64,000 bases of DNA from Asterias rubens (GCF_902459465.1 NC_047062.1:30876001-30940000); one strand, 5' to 3'. Shown: positions 1 to 13,295, counted from the first letter of the stretch. Numbers and translations: made by a program. Notes: generated by a model not told the origin, from the letters alone.

Positions 1-2088
1 TCCCCTTTTATCTCATGCTTAGGCCCAAAGCTGCTCCCAGCCCCGGGTTCTTTGGTGAGTTTTGGTGTCGATTTTACAGGAACAGCTTCCTGTTTTGGTT
101 CTTCACGATGACGTCAGTCTTGGGTTTGACGGCGGTCAATTTGGAGCGCTATGTAGCCATCGTCCACCCACACAAATACAATACTATTTTCATCAAACGA
201 AACAAATACATCATGATTGTTGCGTGTTGGGTTTTGGCCGCAGTTTCAAGATCTTACTTCTTCTTTATCTATGAAGAAGATGAAGTCGTGGGATGTCATT
301 TCAAAGGCTGGTCTAGCGGAGGAGCTTAGGTGACATTCGGCTTGTACACGTTCACGGTCAACTTCTTCGCTCCTTTCATTGTGATGATCTTTGCGCAACT
401 GAAAGTTATCTCGACGTTGAACAGACAAGTGAAGATGGTAACTTCTCGAACAGGTTAGTTAAAAAGTCAGTTTTTCCGTTGCTTATTCTTTGTCGGTCCA
501 AACCATTTTTTCCAGTTTTGCAAAGGTCCCGCCAGTGGTTCTTTCACCATCCCGTTTATATCTCGTTCCGTTTATTTGTCTTCCCGTTCAGTTGATTTTG
601 TTTCTTTTCCGTATCGTTATAAGTCCCTTTTCAATGGTTCCTTTCCCGTATTTTCCCCCCAGCCACGTTCATTTCCCCTCTTTTTTTTTTTTTGGGGGGG
701 GGGGGGGGATTTTGGAGTTTGTTATTATTTTCTCGTCCCGTTTCCCCCGTTCTCTATCATTAATTTATTCCCGTCCCTGCGATTTTCCCCCGGCTGCGCG
801 CTTGTCGCATTGGAATTGTTCTTAGTTTTTTGCAAATCCCTGTGCTGCGGATCTTGATGGAGAAAACTTTTAAGGCGTGTTTCATTCAGTTTGTCATAAT
901 TTGCATTGAGGAGGGGGGGGGGGGTAACAAACTCCAAATATTCCCTTCCAGATCTCCTTAAACATGTTAGCGTAATTGTGTAATGTTTTTATTTTATTTT
1001 ATTGTCATTTGCTTCCTGGCATTTCCGAATTACAAAGAAAGGGAGACATTACAAAGGTTTGGGAGTAAATGTTCTCGTCCCTCCGCAATCACATACCATC
1101 CCCGTACCACCACTGTGTGACCCTTCCTCTCCCCGTCCCAAGTACTCTAACCCGCCACTCCGTGCCTACAGTCACCGTGATACCCCGTTTCGATTATTTT
1201 TTACTCCCGTTATTTTCCTGTCGAGTATAATTTATTATGACCTTTTCTTTGCTTTCGTTTCCCGTTTAACCCGTTTTCTTTGCTTTGCGTTCATATTTTA
1301 CCGTCCTATATAGTTACGCAGTAAGTCGGTCCAATCCATGTTTTCAGTTTCGCACGGGTCCCGCTAGCTATTTTCATAAAAACGCTTAGAAAAAACGTTC
1401 TGTGTGCGAGATATAGGTTTGTTCGTGGTACGAGCGACAAATATATCGACTGTGTGAGGCAATGATCAAAAGTGTTCAATGGTACAACGTATCAAAAGTG
1501 ACAACGTATTGCCGACTCCTCCTCTGAAGTGAAAAGTTGCATCAGACTGTTGATCTCTAACGGAAAAATCGAGCGATTCACAGGGTACAATACTTGTATC
1601 AATGGATACCTACAAACGGGAAAATTATGGTGGGTTTAGAGCCTACTGTACTATAGTATTTCTTGATTTTGCCTTTTCTTGCAGCCTCTTTGGGAGTAAA
1701 TCCAAGAGACCAGCGTGAAATGTGGCAGCTCCGAGCCTCCCAAACCCTGGTGAAGACACTCCTGGCCTGCGTCATCACATTCGGTGTGTGCTGGACTCCA
1801 AACCAAGTCTGGTACCTACTCTTCAATGTTGGTGTACCAATGGCTCCAGGTGGACCTTTCCAACACATCACTGTCATCTTAGCTGTTGGTAATTCCTGTG
1901 TGAATCCAGTCATTTTCACAATGACCAACAAGCCGTTCCGTAAAGGGATCAGGGAGCTGTTTTGTAAGCAGCGGGATTCGAACCAGGTGACTGACAGTAC
2001 TGTAGCGACTGGCACTGTATCCGAGACCGTCTCCAATGGCTCAACGCAAGGAGTTTTGGAACAACGGTTTCCATGTCGTTACGGTTAA
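1..2088 (+). pseudogene. Class A GPCR copy 1 (divergent type), 5'-truncated by window edge; exon 1 <1..453, exon 2 1685..2088; in-frame TAG at 327-329
   Basis: ERY motif and ECL2 Cys in exon 1; donor ACAG|GTTAGT at 453/454; acceptor TTGCAG|CC at 1684/1685; exon 2 has CWTP and NPVIF. GGA GCT TAG replaces GGA GCT CAG of the other copies. Flanking sequence looks error-rich, so the stop could be an artefact. Confidence 0.6.
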
Positions 2089-2808
2089 TACCCCTTGTAA
2101 GCACATTACAAAACCAACATGTAAAAATTCACCTCACCTAACTGGATAACAGAAACAATAACCTCACTTAACTGGATAACAGAAACAATAGCAATATTTT
2201 AAGGGTTCCGTGAGATAATTGCGAGCCGAACTCGTTCAATAAGTTTATGGGGTTTTGGGTTCACTGTCTGCTGCATGTTCATAAATAAACCGATTGCGCA
2301 CACAACGTTATGATTGTTAATACCCGAGATGGGTGTTGAAAACTGTCGCTGCGCAGTAAGAAGTGGGTGGACTCGTACACCGATGGAACTCAATCGAGTT
2401 TTTTTTTATTCGCATCACATTTGCAGTATCATAAATTCAGTATTCTTCCACAAAAGAGGTTTTTCTTTTGGGCTATGGTTAGCTAGATAGCGACACTCGC
2501 AGTGGACAGCTTGCAGCGCGTCCACGGTAATGTTTGCACTGTACAATTTTGGACAACAAAAGATATTGGCGTTCTCTGCATTGACGATTGAAAAAGATAT
2601 AAAATTAGTAAAATAATATCCAACAACTGTATATAAACTGCTGTCGTAGAGTTGCAGAAGGATATTCGTAAGTACTGTGGTGTGTCTTAATAAACGAGCT
2701 GAACAATTAGACGACAAAGAAAATTCAGCTGAAACCAACGAAAGATAAAAGTGAGTGAGGATATAAGACGTCAACAGTACCAGTCAAACTAAAGCCATTG
2801 TCTTTATC

Positions 2809-4892
2809 ATGGAGCAGCTCAACCTCTCAGAAGCATCAGTCAAAAGTACTGATGGAGACTCCCCAATGGAAGACACCGAAGGTTTCACCAAATTCACCTT
2901 AGCTCTCTACTGCATAATCTGCGTGGTTGGTATCACTGGTAACTTACTGGTTGCCATCGTACTCCTCCGTGTGCCGTCACTGAGGTCTAACACCAGTGAT
3001 TTCTTAGTGCATCTCTCCCTTGTAGATTTCATGGCCTGTGTTATGGTCATCCCAGCTTATCTTCTGCCTAATACCCACTCTCCTCCAAACCCCGGGTTCT
3101 TCGGTGAGTTTTGGTGTCGATTTTACACCAGCGGTTTCCTGTTTTGGTTCTTCACGATGACGTCAGTCTTGGGTTTGACTGTTGTCAATTTGGAGCGCTA
3201 TGTAGCCATCGTCCACCCACACAAATACAAGACTCTTTTCATCAAACGAAACAGATACATCATGATTGCTGCGTGTTGGGCTTCGGCTGCAGTTTTAGAT
3301 TCGTCTTCCTTTTTAACGCATGAAGAAGATGAAGTAGTGGGATGTCATTTTAAAGGCTGGTCCAACAGAGGAGCTCAGGCGACACTTGGCTTGTTTTCTT
3401 TCACCGGCAAGTTCTTTTTTCCATTCGCTGTTATGATTCTTGCTCAACTGAAAGTCATCTCTACGCTGAGCAGACAAGTGAAGATGCTAACTGCTCGAAC
3501 AGGTTAGTTAGAAAGTTATTATTTCACATTAACGAGAGCAAGAAAGTATCAACTGTTTTATTTTTCAAAGGACTCGGTGCATACCATTTGTTTTTCTTTT
3601 CTGATTTTTTTAATTTAAACTAGTTAATTATATTAGAGTAACTTTAATAGGGAATAAATTGACAATTCGTTTTCCCCTACTTTGACTTGAGCTATAGGCG
3701 TATTGGAATAAATGCAAAGCCACATCAATATTAAGAGATACACGTTTTAGCCTCTAAGCCCATAGACCAATACCAATGCGCAAGCGCAGACTGTTGAATG
3801 AGGTGCATTGTGGGATATATATGGATCAAATTTGGACACCAGCTAGACCACAATGCACCTAATTCCAAGCTTTACGCGCGCGCCCCGGTATTTGCGAAAA
3901 GGTCTGTGACCCAATGAAAACTGCTAGCACTCGACCCCGATGATCCACCCCCTGATCGTCTGCAGATTGAAGGAACACGTTGCCTTGGATCGGTCGAGTT
4001 GGTCTTTGAAAAGCGTTCTGTAAACCGTTTGTTCTAAAATCGATATGGTTAGAAAGATGTTGTAAAAGTAGAATACAATGATCTACACAAATATGCCTCG
4101 AAATTGCGTGGTTTTCTTTTCACCTCGTCGACTAACACGGTAATTTTGAGTGATACTTGTGTGAATCATTATTTTCTACTTTTAAAACATCTTTCTAACC
4201 ATATGCATTTCATAAACGGTTTCAAACGCTTTTTATACACCAACTCGTCCAATACAAGGCAACGTGTTCCTTTAAAGCAAAATCAGTTTGTTTTTGTTAC
4301 AATTACCTTATAGGGTAATTTCATTGAATCAATGCTGACAATTATGGAATTTTTGTTATGATAGACCGACTGTGGGGCATGCAGATACAAAAAGTTTGAT
4401 GATCCCTCTGATTTTAGTTCGACTGATCATGCCGTATCAAAATGGGTACCACGAAAACATGTAGATTTACCTCTTTTTAAGATCGAACCTAACGCGTTAG
4501 TTTGTATCGACTTTGCCTTTTCTACAGCCTCTATGGGAGTCAATCCAAGAGACCAGCGTGAAATGTGGCAGCTCCGAGCCTCCCAAACCCTGGTGAAGAC
4601 ACTCCTGGCCTGCGTCATCACATTCGGTGTGTGCTGGACTCCAAACCAAGTCTGGTTCCTGCTCTTCAATATTGGAGTTCATGTGACTCTAGGTGATCCT
4701 ATCCACCGTCTCACTGTCATCTTAGCCGTTGGTAATTCCTGTGTGAATCCAGTCATTTACACAATGACCAACAAGCCGTTCCGTAAAGGGATCAGGGAGC
4801 TGTTTTGTAAGCAGCGGGATTCGAACCAGGTGACTGACGGTGTAGCGACTGGCACTGTGTCTCAGACCGTCTCCAATACCCAAGAACAATAA
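2809..4892 (+). CDS. Class A GPCR copy 2 (chimeric: unique N-terminus, B-type body, A-type tail); exons 2809..3502 and 4528..4892, 352 aa
   Basis: 7TM motifs GN (TM1), LSLVD (TM2), C..ERY (TM3), CWTP (TM6), NPVIY (TM7); phase-1 GT-AG intron joins RT-G|CC-SMG in frame; 694+365 nt. Confidence 0.9.
3967..4275. mobile_element. Non-autonomous TIR element, Kolobok-like, in B-type intron (copies 10358..10669, 20370..20681, 29960..30275)
   Basis: TIR AGGAACACGTTGCCTTG / CAAGGCAACGTGTTCCT; flanks TTGA and TTAA; RR..YY termini. Confidence 0.7.
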
Positions 4893-5278
4893 GCGAGAAG
4901 AAGGTCACGATGGGGCCAACCATGCGAGGGGTATCGGGACAATGAGCATTTCACGAAATCACGGCAGCAACCCACTTTATGATTTTGTGTTTTGCACAAC
5001 TGTTTATACTGCATAATCATTGTGTATGTCGTGGATACTTTCGTAATGTACAGTTTCGATGAACTTGCTGAACAACTAAAGAAAACACGCGAATAAGACA
5101 AAAACCACGGATTGCGCTCCGTTTACGCAAAAACCCAAATGATCACGGTAATAAGACATCTTATAAGCGAATGCTCAGATAAACAAACGTTTTTTATCAC
5201 AATTATAGCACAACACGAGGTCAATGTCAAAACAAATTATTGTATTGTTAAGAGGTACATGGTTCAAGGGAGTTTTGA

Positions 5279-5651
5279 TTAAAGACACCGGACACTGTTG
5301 GTAATTGTCAAAGACCAGTCTTCTCACTTGGTGTCTCTCAACACTATGCATAAAATAACAAACCTGGGAAAATTTGAGCTCAATATTGGTCGTCGAAGTT
5401 GCGAGATAATAATGAAAGACAAAACACCCTTGTCACACGATGTTGTGTGCTTTCAGATTGAGTTAGAGAGCTCAAAATCTAATTCCGAGTTCTCGAAATC
5501 AAATTTGTTGAAAATTACTTCTGTCTCGAAAACTACGTCACTTCAGAGGGAGCAGTTTCTCACGATGTTTTATAAATTCAACCTTTCCCAAGGATTGTTG
5601 CTTATATACTTATTATTTTGAGTAATTGCCAATAGTGTCCACTGCCTTTAA
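5279..5651. mobile_element. Kolobok-like MITE in spacer S1 (copies 8318..8690, 18327..18699, 27902..28274)
   Basis: TTAA target duplication; imperfect TIR AGACACCGGACACTGTTGGTAATT / AATTGCCAATAGTGTCCACTGCCT; relatives at 47775, 49493 and 54820. Confidence 0.75.
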
Positions 5652-5919
5652 AACCTTTGGTGCGAGAACAAAAAACATTCCATGACAATATAACTCCCTT
5701 TTTCTTCTTCTGTTTTTCTTATATAAAAGATTATTAAGTTTTTACTACATAAATTTGTGTACAATAGTCGTGCACTCATGCTAAAAATCCCCCGGCCCCG
5801 AAAGAGCCATAAAAACCGCACGATTTATACTTAATAATGATATCAACTGTAAAGGTAACTTAACATCTCACTTTGGTTTTCAACTGAGTTGGTTGACGAA
5901 GAATTTCTATATCAGTCAC

Positions 5920-5927
5920 TGACGTCA
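5920..5927. promoter_or_regulatory. Perfect CRE palindrome TGACGTCA 228-231 bp upstream of GPCR ATGs (also 8959, 15928, 18968, 25516, 28543)
   Basis: ATCAGTCACTGACGTCAAAT is invariant in both A- and B-type upstream regions at a fixed distance; function is inferred only. Confidence 0.5.
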
Positions 5928-6147
5928 AATTATTCCACCGGCCTCTTGGCGGACGGATGCAAAGAGTGCAAATTTTCATATTTTGTTTTCATAGCAGGAG
6001 CAAAAAAGGCTGCAACTGAAAATTTCGTATGATAACGCATGAACTCATTTAATGAGTAGAGCTGAAAAATACCATACAGAATTCTTGTGAGAAGAAATTC
6101 CGTGACAAATATTTCAACTCAAGACACAAGCCATAAACTAAACCATC

Positions 6148-7931
6148 ATGGATCGATTTGAGAGTCTTCGCACGACTTTACCAACAGTTTTCCAAGAAGC
6201 AAATAGTGACGAGGATGTTGCAACGAAAGAAAGCGATGCGTTCACCAAGTTCGTCACATCTCTCTACTGCATAATCTGCGTGGTTGGTATCACTGGTAAC
6301 TTACTGGTTGCCATCGTACTCCTCCGTGTGCCGTCACTGAGGTCTAACACCAGTGATTTCTTAGTGCATCTCTCCCTTGTAGATTTCATGGCCTGTGTTA
6401 TGGTCATCCCAGCTTATCTTCTGCCTAATACCCACTCTCCTCCAAACCCCGGGTTCTTCGGTGAGTTTTGGTGTCGATTTTACACCAGCGGTTTCCTGTT
6501 TTGGTTCTTCACGATGACGTCAGTCTTGGGTTTGACTGTTGTCAATTTGGAGCGCTATGTAGCCATCGTCCACCCACACAAATACAAGATCATTTTCATC
6601 AAACGGAACAAATACATCATGATTGCTGCGTGTTGGGGTTGTTCCACACTTTCAAAATCTTACAATTGGTTTATATTTGAAGAAGATGAAGTAGTGGGAT
6701 GTCATTTTAAAGGCTGGTCTAACAGAGGAGCTCAGGCGGCATTTGGCTTGTTCACTTTTACGGTCCAATTCTTCGCTCCGTTCACAGTGATGATTTTTGC
6801 GCAGCTGAAAGTTATCTCGACGCTGAACAGACAAGTGAAGATGTTAGCTACTCGAACAGGTTAGTTAATCAGTCTTTACATATCTCAAGATTGACGAGAA
6901 ATTTAATGTATCAATATTTTCCGTTCTTCAATGGACTCAGTGCATACAATTTGTTTTTCTTTTTTGGGTATTCAGCAAATATCGTGTTATGCATCATACA
7001 TTGATACGATTTAGTTGTGGCTTACACCTACTCGTGTAATAGGCGCCTTTATAAAGCCGGCACCTTTAGAGAAGGCCAGGGTATACGTTTCCGTTCGTGC
7101 CATTGATGACCCGGCGAAAACTTTCGGCACTCGACCGCGATCCAACCGGTGGTTTAATAAATAATTTTAATTTAAATTTTTTTATTTTATAATAACCGTT
7201 ATAAGAAATTGCATTGAAGCGATTAAACTATTTATGACGACACACTGCTAAAACGAAAAAAAAATCAAATTTGTACACTAATTTCGGCCTTAACATTTAC
7301 ATCGGTGTTATTTCAATACCATTGTGGTGACTACTTTGATTCTTAATGATGTGACAACACAATTTGTGTAAATTGTAGCCGTCCAAGTTGATGGTGTAGA
7401 CTGACTGTGAGGCAATGATCTAAAGTATTTCGTTGCATTTTAGCGCTTCTGGACACAGTTGCGATGATCTTGAACGGCTTAGTACCGTACAACACACATT
7501 TGGAGATTTAACGGTGGTTGACTCGCACCTTATGTTTTATTTTGTGTCGACTGCATTCTCTTGCAGCCTCTTTGGGAGTAAATCCAATCAACCAGGATAA
7601 AATGTGGCAGCTCCGAGCCTCCCAAACCCTCGTGAAGACACTCCTGGCATGCGTCATCACATTCGGTGTGTGCTGGATTCCAAACCAAGTCTGGTTCCTG
7701 CTCTTTAACTTCGGTGTTCCATTAAATCTAGGTGGACCTGATCACCATCTCACTGTCATCTTAGCCGTTGGTAATTCCTGTGTGAATCCAGTCATTTACA
7801 CAATGACCAACAAGCCGTTCCGTAAAGGGATCAGGGAGCTGTTTTGTAAGCAGCGGGATTCGAACCAGGTGACTGACGGTGTAGCGACTGGCACTGTGTC
7901 TCAGACCGTCTCCAATACCCAAAAACAATAG
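6148..7931 (+). CDS. Class A GPCR copy 3 (chimeric: B-type head, A-type body); exons 6148..6859 and 7567..7931, 358 aa
   Basis: Same 7TM motifs; donor 6859/6860, acceptor TTGCAG at 7566; open frame throughout. Confidence 0.9.
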
Positions 7932-9186
7932 GCGAGAAGAAGGTCACGATGGGGCCAACCATGCGAGGGGTATCGGGACAATGAGCATTTCACGAAATTA
8001 CGGCAGCAACCCACTTTATGATTTTGTGTTTTGCACAACTGTTTATACTGCATAATCATTGTGTATGTCGTGGATACTTTCGTAATGTACAGTTTCGATG
8101 AACTTGCTGAACAACTAAAGAAAACACGCGAATAAGACAAAAACCACGGATTGCGCTCCGTTTACGCAAAAACCCAAATGATCACGGTAATAAGACATCT
8201 TGTAAGCGAATGCTCAGATAAACAAACGTTTTTTATCACAATTATAGCACAACACGAGGTCAATGTCAAAATAAATTATTGTATTGTTAAGAGGTACATG
8301 GTTCAAGGGAGTTTTGATTAAAGACACCGGACACTGTTGGTAATTGTCAAAGACCAGTCTTCTCACTTGGTGTCTCTCAACACTATGCATAAAATAACAA
8401 ACCTGTGAAAATTTGAGCTCAGTATTGGTCGTCGAAGTTGCGAGATAATAATGAAAGACAAAACACCCTTGTCACACGATGTTGTGTGCTTTCAGATTGA
8501 GTTAGAGAGCTCAAAATCTAATTCCGAGTTCTCGAAATCAAATTTGTTGAAAATTACTTCTGTCTCGAAAACTACGTCACTTCAGAGGGAGCAGTTTCTC
8601 ACAATGTTTTATAAATTCAACCTTTCCCAAGGATTGTTGCTTATATACTTATTATTTTGAGTAATTGCCAATAGTGTCCACTGCCTTTAAAACCTTTTGT
8701 GCGAGTACAAAAAACATTCCATGACAATATAACTCCCTTTTTCTTCTTCTGTTTTTCTTATATAAAAGATTATTAAGTTTTTACTACATAAATTTGTGTA
8801 CAATAGTCGTGCACTCATGCTAAAAATCCCCCGGCCCCGAAAGAGCCATAAAAACCGCACGATTTATACTTAATAATGATATCAACTGTAAAGGTAACTT
8901 AACATCTCACTTTGGTTTTCAACTGAGTTGGTTGACGAAGAATTTCTATATCAGTCACTGACGTCAAATTATTCCACCGGCCTCTTGGCGGACGGATGCA
9001 AAGAGTGCAAATTTTCATATTTTGTTTTCATAGCAGGAGCAAAAAAGGCTGCAACTGAAAATTTCGTATGATAACGCATGAACTCATTTAATGAGTAGAG
9101 CTGAAAAATACCATACAGAATTCTTGTGAGAAGAAATTCCGTGACAAATATTTCAACTCAAGACACAAGCCATAAACTAAACCATC

Positions 9187-11286
9187 ATGGATCGATTTGA
9201 GAGTCTTCGCACGACTTTACCAACAGTTTTCCAAGAAGCAAACAGTGACGAGGATGTTGCAACGAAAGAAAGCGATGCGTTCACCAAGTTCGTCACATCT
9301 CTCTACTGCATAATCTGCGTGGTTGGTATCACTGGTAACTTACTGGTTGCCATCGTACTCCTCCGTGTGCCGTCACTGAGGTCTAATACCAGTGATTTCT
9401 TAGTGCATCTCTCCCTTGTAGATTTCATGGCCTGTGTTATGGTCATCCCAGCTTATCTTCTGCCTAATACCCACTCTCCTCCAAACCCCGGGTTCTTCGG
9501 TGAGTTTTGGTGTCGATTTTACACCAGCGGTTTCCTGTTTTGGTTCTTCACGATGACGTCAGTCTTGGGTTTGACTGTCAATTTGGAGCGCTATGTAGCC
9601 ATCGTCCACCCACACAAATACAAGACTCTTTTCATCAAACGAAACAGATACATCATGATTGCTGCGTGTTGGGCTTCGGCTGCAGTTTTAGATTCGTCTT
9701 CCTTTTTAACGCATGAAGAAGATGAAGTAGTGGGATGTCATTTTAAAGGCTGGTCCAACAGAGGAGCTCAGGCGACACTTGGCTTGTTTTCTTTCACCGG
9801 CAAGTTCTTTGTTCCATTCGCTGTGATGATTCTTGCTCAACTGAAAGTCATCTCTACGCTGAGCAGACAAGTGAAGATGCTAACTGCTCGAACAGGTTAG
9901 TTAGAAAGTTATTATTTCACATTAACGAGAGCAAGAAAGTATCAACTGTTTTATTTTTCAAAGGACTCGGTGCATACCATTTGTTTTTCTTTTCTGATTT
10001 TTTTTAATTTAAACTAGTTAATTATATTAGAGTAACTTTAATAGGGAATAAATTGACAATTCGTTTTCCCCTACTTTGACTTGAGCTATAGGCGTATTGG
10101 AATAAATGCAAAGCCACATCAATATTAAGAGATACACGTTTTAGCCTCTAAGCCCATAGACCAATACCAATGCGCAAGCGCAGACTGTTGAATGAGGTGC
10201 ATTGTGGGATATATATGGATCAAATTTGGTCACCAGCTAGACCACAATGCACCTAATTCCAAGCTTTACGCGCGCGCCCCGGTAATTGCGAAAAGGTCTA
10301 TGACCCAATGAAAACTGCTAGCACTCGACCCCGATCCAACCCCAGATCGTCTGCAGATTGAAGGAACACGTTGCCTTGGATCGGTCGAGTTGGTCTTTGA
10401 AAAGCGTTCTGTAAACCGTTTGTTCTAAAATCGATATAGTTAGAAAGATGTTGTAAAAGTAGAATACAATGATCTACACAAATATGCCTCGAAATCGCAT
10501 GGTTTTCTTTTCACCTCGTCGACTAACACGGTAATTTTCAGTGATACTTGTGTGAATCATTATTTTCTACTTTTAAAACATCTTTCTAACCATATGCATT
10601 TCATAACAAACGGTTTCAAACGCTTTTTATACACCAACTCGTCCGATACAAGGCAACGTGTTCCTTTAAAGCAAAATCAGTTTGTTTTTGTTACAATTAC
10701 CTTATAGGGTAATTTCATTGAATCAATGCTGACAATTATGTAATTTTTGTTATGATAGACCGACTGTGGGGCATGCAGATACAAAAAGTTTGATGATCCC
10801 TCCGATTTTAGTTCGACTGATCATGCCGTATCAATATGGGTACCACGAAAACATGTAGATTTACCTCTTCTTAAGATCGAACCTAACGCGTTAGTTTGTA
10901 TCGACTTTGCCTTTTCTACAGCCTCTATGGGAGTCAATCCAAGAGACCAGCGTGAAATGTGGCAGCTCCGAGCCTCCCAAACCCTGGTGAAGACACTCCT
11001 GGCCTGCGTCATCACATTCGGTGTGTGCTGGACTCCAAACCAAGTCTTGTTCCTGCTCTTCAATATTGGAGTTCATGTGACTCTAGGTGATCCTATCCAC
11101 CGTCTCACAGTCATCTTAGCCGTTGGTAATTCCTGTGTGAATCCAGTCATTTACACAATGACCAACAAGCCGTTCCGTAAAGGGATCAGGGAGCTGTTTT
11201 GTAAGCAGCGGGATTCGAACCAGGTGGCTGACGGTGTAGCGACTGGCACTGTGTCTGAGACCGTCTCCAATGCCCAAGAACAATAG
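9187..11286 (+). CDS. Class A GPCR copy 4 (B type); exons 9187..9895 and 10922..11286, 357 aa; one-Val deletion in TM3
   Basis: 7TM motifs; LTVN instead of LTVVN before ERY; NQVL instead of NQVW in TM6; canonical splice sites. Confidence 0.85.
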
Positions 11287-11646
11287 GAGAGAAGAAGATC
11301 ACGTTGGGAAACAAACAATAGAAAGTTGGAAAGTGGAAGTAATTTTACCTAGATGTGAACTTTCATCCTTTAGTAATTACATAGATTTTCAGCAAACAAT
11401 TTTTGTTATTATTACGGAACGTTCGCGGTAGCCGGATGTCAATTTTGTAAGTACGTTGAATGAAATGAAGTAAATATCATGGCATTGCACCGAAGTTTAA
11501 AGCAGTGTCACATTATTCAAGAATAGAGCATTGAGGGCGTTTCCGAGCAGCCGATTATGTGTGTTTTTTTTTAAGAAAAGGGGGCATTTATACATGGTGG
11601 TGTTGTAAAAAATAATATCCTTTACGTTGCAACAGATTAACATTGT

Positions 11647-12020
11647 TTAAAGCCATTGGACCCTTTCGGTAAACAGTGTTGTCCAAGGCCCACACTTTGT
11701 GTACCACAACTTCTATTTCAAATAACAAACCTGTGAAAATTTAGGCCTAATCGGTCATCGGAGTCGGGAGAAAACAACGGAAAATCCCACCCTTGTTTCC
11801 GCGCGTTTCGCCGTGTCATGACATGTGTTTAAAATAAATCCGTAATTCTGGTTAACGAGAATTTATATTGTTTTGCGGTTTTCTCAAAAGTAAAGCATTT
11901 CATGGAATAATATTTCAAGAGAAGTCTTTCACCATTGCCTTCTGTAAACCCTGTAAGTTATTTGTAAATCTGTGAACTTTTTTCTTTTTTTTCTGAACCG
12001 AAAGGGTCCAATGGCTTTAA
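11647..12020. mobile_element. Kolobok-like MITE in spacer S2 (copies 21657..22029, 31250..31622)
   Basis: TTAA on both sides; TIR AGCCATTGGACCCTTTCGGT / ACCGAAAGGGTCCAATGGCT. Confidence 0.8.
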
Positions 12021-13295
12021 TGCACCATGTTACATCCAGTTTAAGTTTAAGATAAAGTGCAAGTTTGTATTTAACATAAAACAATTGCCAACATTACAAA
12101 ACGTCGATCACCTCATACATATTTCATACTGCAAGGTATGACCAAAAATTGTGTAATATAACAGTAAAAATAGGATCCAACAACAACACCGCCATTTTAA
12201 AACCAGTCTAAAATAAGAGGACCTGCGTTTGAGGGGAAGTATCAATTTGTTGTTAATTTAATGGTTTGTGTCTGTTAACTATTTCAAAATAATGTTTTTA
12301 ATTGAATTTTTAAACAGCTGACATCCTGTTTCCACTAAGCACATTACAACGAACAAAAAAAAATTAATATTGATGTTGCTGGGAAAACAGAAACAATTCG
12401 TTTTTCAAAATTTCTTGCACGATCATTATGCTCATTATTATTTTCCGATGCAGCAATTGAGTTGGATTTGCATGCAACGGTGTAAGTAAATCGCTCAATG
12501 TATAATTAACAAGTGTAAATCACAAATACAGGTGGTTAGCTACGTACACGAAGAGTGCCTATACGTTCGCGAACACGGCTAAAATACCTGAGAAACTGTG
12601 AAACACACTTGACCCCGCTTTTGTTTTCGCAGGTTCTTCATTTTACGGTAAGCAGAACCGTTAAAAAGTAGCCCTGTTGTGAACTCATCGGACGTTATTA
12701 CTAAAATGAACATTACAGGGTGTTAAGGCTAACAAACAGTTGCTGACAGTGTGAGCACTTGATATAATCCACCATTAATATACATAAACTGATGTTTGAT
12801 ATTGGGTCGGTAGAAATTGGATCAGCCATCTGATGGGTCACTAGAAAATAGTGAAAACCGATTACACATTAATATTTTGCGTTACATCGACTTAAACAAA
12901 ATGAATAAAACGCTCACAGAGCGATAAACTCCAAACGGGAAATTGGTTTTGTTTTGTTCCTCAACAAACAATGACATTTCAGACAGAAATATTGCAAGTG
13001 ATGTTTTCTACTATCATCATCATTAGACCGTGTAAGTTTTATGTAAATCTGTAAAAAAAAATTCTCCGTAAAGTTCCTTAATTGATTGTAGGTAGGGTGT
13101 TGTGAAACGCTTTTGCATCCGTTTCTTTTTATTCAAATCGATCAGTTGCCTTGTCGATTAGGAAATAAATTAATATAAGTAAAGAGTCAATGGTGACCTT
13201 TGTATCATTCGAAGAGAGTTGAAGGAAGAATACACAGAGTACGTTACTGCTCTGTTCTTTCTTATCAATCACTTAACCCTCTAGTCCCTGCATGC

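Noticed and set aside
2131-2190. 30-bp tandem duplication downstream of copy 1; likewise the 48-bp duplication at ~40483-40579
   Set aside because: Ordinary two-copy slippage events with no evident function.
5298-5621. ORFs MKDKTPLSH.. (also 8451, 18460, 28035, 45403, 54853) as transposase or genes
   Set aside because: They lie inside short non-autonomous MITEs, with no DDE or other domain motif.
7518-7566. N-terminal extensions of exon-2 ORFs (MTRTLCF.., MIDRLWG.., MILPFL..) as separate genes
   Set aside because: They are read-through into intron sequence upstream of the acceptor.
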